Shown here: piece after piece, positions 39,602 through 49,920 of the stretch | How the letters are laid out: the number at the start of each line of letters is the position of its first letter | Numbering within the stretch: position 1 is the stretch's first letter | Source of the DNA: Bugula neritina | Lineage: Eukaryota; Animalia; Bryozoa | Assembly: GCA_964035545.1 (NCBI GenBank) | Contig: OZ037767.1 | Coordinates: 3,173,680 to 3,237,679, forward strand | Direction of reading: 5' to 3' | DNA: 64,000 nt | The notes under the pieces: generated by a model | Seen by the model: only the letters and a program-made list of their open reading frames with translations | The model's database searches: none | Told to the model about the DNA's origin: nothing | Position numbers and translations under genes: made by a program

Positions 39602-42600
39602 ATGACTTTCTATTGGACATCCTTCTACCTTGTGGTTTACATGTATGGTACCATTACTTTATGTTACAATGGAAGAGGTAAATATATTTGCTATATTAAT
39701 GTAATACTGCAGTTAAGTTTTCATACAGGTTGTAGAATTACAAACTATAGAATTTATAAGTGCATCATTTGTAAACAGGTGATCATAAAATATATGGAAT
39801 ACTTTGTAAATTAATAAACTATACTGTTACCGCTAATATTATTTTAGTGCAGGCGTATAAAACTGTTCATCTCGGATGCTTTAAAAATGGAATAGGATCT
39901 GCAGATCGCTTATTAACGGGTGCTACCTTAGATTTAGAAAGTCAGGCTACAGTGGAGTTTTGCACAAGGTGGTGCTTTTTCAACAGTGAGTATGAAAGCT
40001 GTCTCTAAAGCTTACCAGTTAAAAAGTACGCAAATTAATATGTAGTTTCCCTTTAAGATTTCTTTCTGCCGCATGCACACTATGCATATATGGAAATCAA
40101 ATGTGATAAATAAAAGTGCATGTACTACAATATGTAATACACAATACATATAATGAAATGTAATATTTAATTAAGAATATATGATATATTATGTAGAATG
40201 TTTTTATTTGTGTTTCAAATATCAATGTTGTTTATATCAAATGTTTTGTAAATTAGAGTTTCAATACGCTGGGCTGCACTTTGGATGGAAATGTTCTTGT
40301 GGAAACACTTTACAGAGAAACCTCCAAAAAAGTGCTAGTTGCAACCTACGATGTAGAGGCAACTCTAGTCAAGTGTGTGAAGGATACTTTAGTATTTCTC
40401 TTTATTATAAACAAGGTACATATCATGTACTGCTACATGTATTTTTGTGTGTAGGCTTTTTGTGAGTGCAATATTAGCCTACTTTCTACTCAAATCTAAG
40501 TCTACACAAACTGCTATGGGCTCGCATTTGCGTAGAGAAAGGAAAATTAGGTAGCAATTTAATAATAGCTTATTAACCTTTTGAAATCATCTTTGATCCA
40601 AGTTGTTGCAATAAATAAGGCTATAACATATCCTACCATTTCTATTTAAATATAAGTTAGAGACTGCCCATAAGTTATTGCTCCTTTTTAAAAGTTATTT
40701 CCTACTACACCGATATGATAAAAAGTGATGCTTATATATATACTTGAACTATTTCTAAGTACAGTTACTAAAGACTTCACATTTATATTTTTACTGTATA
40801 CTATTAATGTAAAAAAACATAAATGTAATATTTGTTTGAAATATTATATAATTACATAGATCATATCTATGCTGCATTACAGCACTGTGTCACAATCACT
40901 AATTTAATTGTTGATTATCAAATAATTTCTTGACTTTTTGCTACAAAGTCAATAAAAAGGCCTATACTGTATTTATATTTTATGTAAAGAAAGTCTAAAA
41001 GACTATTCAACTACAATAAATAAGAAAAATACCCCCAAAAACATTTTCATGAAAAGTACAACTATTTCAAATGCTAATCCAGTTTAGTAATAAATAATTG
41101 CCTCAATAAATATGAAACTGGGGCAATCCATATTTTATAGAAATCATTGTAAACTTGATAGATTGGTAGACTTGGTCTATTTTACAGAATCTACAACAGC
41201 TTCTCATGCGGTAACTTTAACATCTGGAAATACTGAAACATGGCTACCAGTTACTAGAAGAAGGAAAGCCTCATCTACAGCTCTACCTACTCGATATCTG
41301 CCAACTGTGACGGTTGCCTCCGCTACTCCAGTAACACCCTCCGGAACCTCAACTGCTAAAATGAAAAATAAAAACTCAATTTCCAAAACCTCAGTCACTA
41401 AACCTGTAACCCCGGCAGTTGCTTTTAATTTTTCTACAGTCATATCTAAGCAGATTACAACATCAGAAGGGAGTAATATCAGCATATATGTATCCAACAA
41501 CCCAGATAATCTACCACAAGCAAAAGGTAGAGTATAATGATTATATTATGGTACAATTATAGCTATGCATGCAATATTTGCAGCACCAATTAGGGTGATA
41601 TTTCAGAACTACATGGTAGAATTTTGTGTGACTATAAATAATGTTATATAATATTTTTTATTAAGACGTAAACAAAATGTCTTAATTGGGTAATAGGATT
41701 TTCTAATATAATTTTATATTTTCTTTTTTGAAACTTAGCGAGATAATGCTTATATAAATTTTCATAAGAAAGAAATCTTTTGCTACATAGAAAGCAAAAT
41801 TAATTTTAGTCAAGTCAATTCTGTGGCAATATCTTGAGTTCGCCATTAATTTCTTGAATTTGTATTCAAACAACTTATTGATTGCGAACCTATATAACAT
41901 AAATACATTAATTTTATAGATAAAACTGCGACAGAAGATATGACAAAGGTTTATATAGGAAGTGGAGTTGGAGCCAGTGCGCTATTGATTATAGTTTTCA
42001 TTAGCATAATAGTAGCAATCAAAAGGTGAAGAATATTTCATGTTGAGTGATCAAGCTTCTGATGTTAAGAAATTTTCTACCATATCTCTGTATATAACAT
42101 ATATTACCTAAACTAACAAAAAATTGATTATTGTTGTGAGATCTATGCAGTATATTATCACAATTTATACAGATTGTATACTAATTTCTTTTTTTAACAA
42201 TTGATTTTGTAGAAGAAAAGCTAATGGTAGTAGTCCTACCTCTCGCAAAAACACTGCTCACTATAATAATCCAGGCTACGAGGCAAGTCCCATTACAAGA
42301 AAGGCAACTCCTAATTTGTATGAAGAAGATCATACCTATTCATCAATTGATGATTGCTTGGGAAGTGATTTGAATTCAAGCTCACCCTACTACAGTGTAC
42401 CACCTTTAGCTTCAGATTCCAAGACTATGTCTGTGTCAGAGCATAGTACGTGCGGCGATACCACCTCAGCAAAATTAGGAAAACAGGCTTCAAAAGATTA
42501 CATTGCCATCGGTGAACAGGCAGAAAGATTCTCACCACTCAATGAACATGTAAAAGACAACTCCAGTACTAACAATAATGTCTCAATTCATGGTGCCGCA

Positions 42601-42912
42601 ACTCTTACTAAGCATTGTGGCATACCTAGTGAAGTTGTAGCTCAACCTGATGTATCTACTGAGAGAATTGGTAGCTGTGACGGGGGAGATAACTCTGAAG
42701 CAGACTCACCATACTACAGTGTTCCACCGCCACTAGATAAAGATTATGAAGTCACATCCGACTCTGTATATTATAGTACACCGTGTAACACTCTCACACC
42801 CTCTGGGATAGAAAGTCAGTTGCCAGATGGGTTGGTTGGTGATGATGAATTGCCTACAGAGGAACTTTATTCTGTGGCCTGTGATTTTCAAGATGATTTA
42901 GAATCAGAATAA
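39602..42912 (+). CDS. WSC-domain type I transmembrane receptor B (long Ser/Thr stalk, long Tyr-rich tail); 505 aa
   Basis: Exons 39602-39677, 39848-39985, 40257-40415, 41188-41526, 41920-42025, 42213-42912 (1518 nt). WSC: HLGCFKN..RLL..ATVEFCTRWC..YAGLHFGWKCSCGN..CNLRCRGNSSQVCEG..SLY. TM: VYIGSGVGASALLIIVFISIIVAI. Tail: YNNPGY, TYSSI, SPYYSVPP x2, YYSTP, LYSV. Confidence 0.88.
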
Positions 42913-43049
42913 GTAGTATGAAACCTAAGACTACGCTATCTGCAATGCCAAGTGTAATTAATGTTCTCCTATATATTATGGAGATTTGAGCTTTCTATTA
43001 TATAATAGTTTATTAATTAACATTTATGAAATTGCAATACATGTTATAG

Positions 43050-43165
43050 AATGGTTCAAGCACTAGTCTAGTATATGGTGCATGGTTCAACTCTTGACAG
43101 AGCCACTATAGCTAGAGTGGTGTCAGAAAAAGCATTCAGTCATAACTGCTGTCTCGCCTCAAAGT
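43050..43165 (+). mobile_element. Degenerate SINE copy downstream of WSC receptor B
   Basis: tggttcaagcac..ggttcaactc (B-box-like)..gtggtgtcagaaaaagcattcagtcataactgct resembles the family core. Confidence 0.55.
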
Positions 43166-45075
43166 TTTTAAACCATGTTAGTACAATAATTATATAAACT
43201 TCCAATTATTATTATTTTGACAGAAATAAAATAGACATATTAACATTAATAATAATGCTTATTTATAAAGAACAGTTTGACAACTGTTAGATTATCACAA
43301 TGTAATAGTATGTCTTACCAGTGATAAAGCTGCTAGATGAAAGAGAACGTTCACTCCGTTTGTCTGGGTTTTATCTGCCTTAGCTTGTAGCTATCTCAGC
43401 TATACGGTGGCTGGTAGGGCAACTCTTAGTAACACGATAGCTCACGTATCTGATAGGCTATTGTCATTAGCTAAACTCTCAGTGTGCCACTATAACAACA
43501 ACTATTTTTTATGGTTTATAGGCAACCTTATAATTTTTACTGTTGTCTGCTTCATTTTACAGTTTTAGTTTGTAAAAACAATAAAAATCCCCACCTCTTT
43601 TTATACCACTAGAAAGCTTCAGTGAGCTAACTTTGTGCGTAGACATATCTACCTATGACATAAAAATATATACATATTATTTGAACACATTTATTAATGT
43701 TGAATTATACATTTTAATCAGTATTTTTGTCTTTCTACAGAGTAGAATGCGTACAAGCATAAAACTTTATGCTTACTAGAATAAGTACGCCCCAAGCTTT
43801 CAAAAGATGTAATAATATAACGCTGGAGATTTCTATACTAGCTGCTACTCAACAGTGAATTATATATAACTTAGTTGATTGACTGCATAATGTATAATGC
43901 AAAATTTGAACTTTGCTCTTTACTAATAACCATAATAATAAATAGTAAACTGGGAATGCCCTTGCTTTTCTGATTCATATATTTAACTTCTATATATTAT
44001 GATATAAGCAATTTCTAGTTATTTTTATTATGAAGTTAGAATTGCACAGTTGATTTAAACATTTTTTCCTTGTATAAAGATCTGTCTTTCGCAAAAAAAA
44101 GTATGTTGAATAATTTCCAGTGTAAGATCTCGAGGTCTGAATCATATATAAAATACATAATAGTAATACGAAAGTCTACAGTCTACGCAATAGCTGATCC
44201 TCTTACTACATTTCTACACTCAAGTTGTGTTCTTGTTTTGTGTTTATATTTTATTATGCAAAGCAAAAAGTACAATTGTATTTCCACAGTAAATGAATGG
44301 ATCTACTCTAGTTTTTCCTTCTTTGTAGCCTACATGCTAAAGCTAGTATACAACTAGTATACACTATAACTAGAACATGATTTGATGGGCATCTTGTTGG
44401 AATTTGAATTTTCTTGGAAACCTCAACTAAAAATACAGCAGTAAATTAGGAAGGCATGGCTTGTAGATTTTGCAAGCTGGTCAAACAGGAGAGAAAATCT
44501 CCTTATACACCAAACACTGGAACAAACAAATATTATATTTAATAATTTAAGTAAAGGGAGATTGCATTTAGCTATATATAGACTCACATATGGCATTTAT
44601 ATACCATATTACATTCTAAGTAACTCTACCTATTTTTGCCAGCTAGTGATCACCACCTGACTGCCACTAGAGGGTGCTACACTTTAATAGCCTAAATTCC
44701 TCAGTATTCCATGCAGTTTTTAGTTTGAGGTGCAACTACAGCCAGAACAAACATCTCTTTCAAAATACTTTTATTAAAAAAATTACTGAAATTCTACACC
44801 AGCCTGCTGTGAGGGTTATAAACACTACGCAACCTTAGTAGAATCATAGTTGGAAATTACTTCAGTATCAAATATCAGTCTATAGATATTGTGGGTGTCA
44901 ATGCATATGAATGCTTGATTTAATTAAAGTCGCAGCGCTATTGTGACAAATCTTCTGCTGATGTCATCATATGAATACATGGCATGACTCAGTTCTTTTT
45001 GTCATAATATTATTATTCTTAGAGTGAGAAACTATCAGTTTACTATGTGGACTAAACAAATATAGTTACGACAGC

Positions 45076-46411
45076 ATGAGGGTGCTGCTAGTCATCTCAG
45101 TTCTTCACCTCTTTCGCTGTCAAGGTATGCATGTATTAGTTCTTCATCTTATTAAGACTGATTTTTTACTGATATTACAGCTAGCCATTTCGGCTTTGCT
45201 TCTTATGTTGTAAAAAATATATGTATGTTATTTTATAGGCTGTTTTAGTTAAAATTTGTGATCTTTGTTGCCTAGATTTGTGTCATTGTTTTTTAATGCT
45301 GCTTATGTTGGTTTAAGTTGCATATACTCGGCACATTTGTTGTGACTTTAACTGATAAAACTGTCACTCAGTTTTCTGGATGGCATCACCAGAATCACTT
45401 GTTTGTTTGTGAGTTTTTATTTAAAAATACTTTGATGACAATTAAACTGTAGAGGTATTAGCTAGCAATATATTTATAAGTAGTAAGCAAGTTAGTAAGT
45501 ATATATTAAGTAGTAGTAAGTAAATAGGCACTAGTAAGCTAGTAAGAGTACTTTGTTTGTAATCTAAGCAAAAATATTTTTTATTTCCCAGAGGTTTTAT
45601 TGACAACTGAAATTGTTGTGTGAATTAGAGCCAAGGGGGCTTATGAACTCTGTTCCTTACCAACCAATTAATGTTAAACCTACACTTGAATATTGTATAC
45701 ATACTATTCAAAATAACTGGCATATTAGTAGGAGTTACATGTAAACTGTGTACTCATCATATGATCTTAACTTCAATTTGAAGATGCAGTGAATTTGTTT
45801 ATATAAGACTCTGAGTCTAATCAAAAAGTCAATTCACTGCTTTCTCATATTAAGGAGACTCAAATGGTTTTTCTGCAAATTGATTTTTTTATCATGGCTT
45901 GAACATCAAAAAAGTAACTCCTTTAGCAATATATTAATTTAATTGAATTCAAAATGACTTTTCGAAACTTGACATGATTGAAAAAAGATCCACCTTGATT
46001 GCTTTTACAACTTCCACTTATTGCCTCACAAACATGCACCCTTCTTTAGAAAAATATAATCATTTATGGTAACAAAAATAATCAGTAAGTTTATTTGACA
46101 TCAGAATGAGCTTTGTATGTAATCTTCTATTATAGATGAGCGTTCTAATAAATCTACTGACTTCTCATTTCAGCCACATCTCAACCTCTCTATGAAGTGA
46201 AATATAAAGGTTGCTTTAAGGACTGGTTTATCAGAACATTAAAAGGAAGCTATGCAGATTTGGGTAGCACAGCAACAATAGAAGCATGTGCCCAGATGTG
46301 CTTCTTGATGGGTAAGATAAGGTGCATTTATCATGAGCTCTACTACTACTGCTATTGCTGCTTCTGCTGCTACTTCTGCTGCTACTTCTGCTGCTGCTGC
46401 TACTGCTACTG

Positions 46412-46461
<50 letters not shown>

Positions 46462-46908
46462 ACTTCTACTGCTAATACTACAACTACTACTATTGCTGCT
46501 GCTGCTGCTACTGCTACTGCTACTGCTACTGCTACTACTACTACTATTGCTGCTGCTGCTGCTGCTTACTATACTGCTACTCCTATAGTTATTTTCCAGT
46601 ATATGCTAAGGTGAACATTGTGATTTCAGTATATGCAAACTATTAACCTTCTCAACTTATACTAAAAATATGACTCTAAAGTATATATTGCTCTCTAACA
46701 GTAACTATATGCTGCAGGTTATAAACTGATTGGGCTACAGAACTACTCGGAATGCTACTGCGGCAATAGTCTGAAGAGTTTCAAGAAAAGTGGCTGTAAG
46801 TTGCCATGTAGAGGCAACTCCACTCAGATATGTGGGGGACATTGGCGAAATTCTGTGTATAAGATAGGTAAAGGCACCTCATAAGAAGTATCATTACCAT
46901 ACCACAAT

Positions 46909-46946
<38 letters not shown>

Positions 46947-46947
46947 A

Positions 46948-47006
<59 letters not shown>

Positions 47007-48434
47007 AACACACAAACACAAACACACACACACACACACAAACACAAACACACGCATGTAGCACATGTAACGCATATAACGCATGTAACACACACACATG
47101 CAACACACATGCAAAACACACAGTATATACATTCTATTTGTTATAGTTGAACCCAAGGTTCTCACAACCCCTTCTTCCACCACATCCTTTGATGTCACTA
47201 CAAAAGATATCATTGAGGAAAATAGAGGTGAGGCTGCAAAAAGCACGAAGTAAATTGTATATATACTAGGATATCTTCAGCATGCTATTATTAAATTAAA
47301 GGTCATACTTGTCTCTAGCTGAGTATATATAATTAGCTTAGACTGAGGGTGGTATATGAATGACCTGATTGTCATTTAAAACCATCCAATAAAACATGCA
47401 GTAGCTAGTAGTTGACCTATATTACTTATAATATAACCTAGATATGCCTATGCCTATGCTTGTATGTACTTGGTCTTGTTATATTACTTAGTATTAAGTA
47501 ATTAATTTCAATTAAACATTATCCTAATGTAGTAATTATGCATAAATTGTAGTAAAATGGAATTGTACTGATATTTACTGTTTTTTTGTAGAGGAAAGGC
47601 AAAAGATAACTATTGGATTTGGAGTTGCAGTTCCTTTGTTTATAGCAATATTGATCATGATGATTGTCATCTTCATTGGTAAAAGGTGAGTCATAATTTC
47701 AAATTCTATAACTTTCTAGAATCTTCTAGAAGGATATAGAAGTCTCTGAGAAAACCACCCTAAATTGTGCTACAAGATAACGGTAAAAAGTTCAGCTGGT
47801 AAACACACTATTATGCTTAAAAGCAGCCAGTTGAAAGCAGTGTAAACTTTCTACATTAATGTTAGAATTTGCAATTTATTTTGTATATACATTTTATTAT
47901 TATGTCATTTATCTACAGTTTTCATTCACAGAGGTGAATGCAGAATTTCAGTTGTATTAAACCCTACTACTTCTAAAGAAATTTTGTAGCCTGAAAAGTT
48001 GTTTTACCATGTAAAATAAACCATGCAGCACCAGACCTAAACACTAGAAAAAATTCATTGGTCCAAACTTTTACAAAAATGGTTGTTTTAACTTTTTTAC
48101 ATTAATTGTAGTAAGTAGATCACAGAGAATTCAGCTATATTGACAGTAGCGACTAAAAATATTGCTGATTGTTCACTGCTGTAGAGTGCAGCTTGATGTA
48201 ATTGCTAGATTTTAGTAAATAAACTTATGGTAATTTTCTAGCCGCAACCAGACAAAGAAAGTGTCTGTAGACAATACACCAAAGTCATCGGAACAATCTG
48301 AAGAAGACGGTTATGAGAAGTTAAGGAAGACTGTGATTGGCCAGAATGATCATGTGTATGCTTCAGCCTACGAGACAGTTGATGGGGCAACTCCCTACTC
48401 ACTTACACACTCATACTGCAACATACCTAAATAG
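45076..48434 (+). CDS. WSC-domain type I transmembrane receptor C (short stalk, hemITAM-like tail); 234 aa
   Basis: Exons 45076-45124, 46174-46311, 46718-46867, 47147-47227, 47592-47685, 48242-48434 (705 nt). WSC: YKGCFKDWFIRTL..ATIEACAQMC..IGLQNYSECYCGN..CKLPCRGNSTQICGGHWRNSVYKI. TM: ITIGFGVAVPLFIAILIMMIVIFIG. Tail: EEDGYEKL..VYASAYETV..PYSL..SYCNI. Confidence 0.9.
46340..46582. repeat. Compound (CTA)n/(CTG)n trinucleotide repeat, intron 2 of WSC receptor C
   Basis: Direct. Source of the poly-L, poly-T/A and poly-C/Y ORFs in the track. Confidence 0.95.
46912..47122. repeat. Imperfect (CA)n microsatellite, intron 3 of WSC receptor C
   Basis: Direct. Source of the (VC)n ORFs. Confidence 0.95.
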
Positions 48435-49337
48435 CTTATATAGCTTAAATGTAAATAGTAGATATACTTACTTTTCAAAATATTTTAATATTTCATTCAA
48501 GTTGAATTTTTTCTGTAAATAGTATCAATTTTGTAACTTAATAGAAATATATATTGAATTGTATTTTTATATGAAAAGTTTTGAAGTTATGAAATTATAT
48601 TGGCAAAAATGTGTGTTGTTTACTAATATAAGTATATTACATATTAATATATGTCATATTAATATTAATATATATTATATTACAGATTAGCAAATGAAAC
48701 TATGTTAATTTATCATCTTGCCTTATTTACTCAAGAATGACATAAAAAAGGACAGACAACTACAGTTGCTAACAAGAGTACACTAAGCTCAAACCAAAAG
48801 GAAATTGAACCAACCATCTGATAAGAATGAAGCTTGAAACAAAATATACTATCGCCATTTTTTGTGCCCCAAGAATTATTATCTGAAAGTTGTTGAGCTT
48901 TTTACTGTCAATAAGTTACATATAATATCCAATGAGCCATTTTCTTTGAAAATTGCATGCTCTCAAAATAGAACGCATGTGAATAACTTATAAAGAGAAC
49001 ACCTGTGATATAATTAGCAAAAAAATAAATTTTGCAATTTCATTACATAACAAATAGCAAATTTCAAAAATGAAAATGTTAATTAATTATGATAGCCACA
49101 TTAATAATTATGAAGTTACTGTTACAGAATTATTTTCCTTTGGACACAGACAGTACTGAGGCAAAATGAGTGCAAAGTAGTATCATTTATTAATTTAATT
49201 TCATAATTTCCAAGTTGGAACAATATAAAAATAGCACTATTCTTTAAACAAAAATAAATACTATAGCTGTATTGCTACTGTAAATGTTACATAAAGCAAT
49301 AAAATTGGTCTCCCATTGTATAACTGTGCTTATGTGC

Positions 49338-49410
49338 TTACTATACGTACAATGTACTTACTATACGTACAATGCCCTTACTATACGTACAACGGACTTA
49401 CTATACATAC
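49338..49410. repeat. 20-bp minisatellite x4
   Basis: Unit cttactatacgtacaatgNN. Confidence 0.85.
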
Positions 49411-49920
49411 TTTTATAAAATGTCTTAGCTAAAGGAGACTGGTGGCGATTTTGAAGACTTGGATTGTCAGCTTTTGTCTTAACAACGTAAAATTTCCTAA
49501 ATAAAACTAAGGTTGCAGTAAAAACAGCTGACATAAAATTTAAGAGTAGCTAAAACAGTATTAAAATAACAACCTGCCTGACTTATGGCTACTATGCAAC
49601 AATAAATACATGTACATATAAATTGATTATTACTATGAAGTAATAAATACTGCACATGCTGCTTATAGAGCTAAAACTTTAGAAAGCTACCCGAAAAGGA
49701 GAAACAACTCCTTGTTTACTTGACCCAAACATTAAAACAGGCAGATATACAAATCTTATAAAAGTTTAACAGAATGTCTCGAGGTAGAGTTTATCCACAT
49801 GGCCCTCACATAACGTGCTCCCTTTACATACCGGAGACTGTATGTATGCACAACTTGACCTAGTTACAACGCTTCACATGCTGTATATATCCGAATTATT
49901 TGACCTATATCTAGCAGTCG

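Noticed and set aside
41248-41270. Furin cleavage site in the receptor B stalk (TRRRKA)
   Set aside because: A basic cluster, but it does not fit the canonical R-x-K/R-R consensus.
46333-46614. Thr/Ala-rich ORF as a mucin exon of receptor C (also the poly-Leu and poly-Cys/Tyr ORFs)
   Set aside because: It is a trinucleotide repeat inside the intron that splits the WSC domain. The flanking exons join in phase without it, as in paralogues A and B.
46781-47246. Cys/Val-rich minus-strand ORFs (metallothionein-like appearance)
   Set aside because: Translations of a (CA)n microsatellite.
34748-48434. Calling the WSC genes Kremen, WSCD1/2 or polycystin orthologues
   Set aside because: No kringle, CUB, sulfotransferase or PKD domains are present. 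Each gene has a single WSC only.
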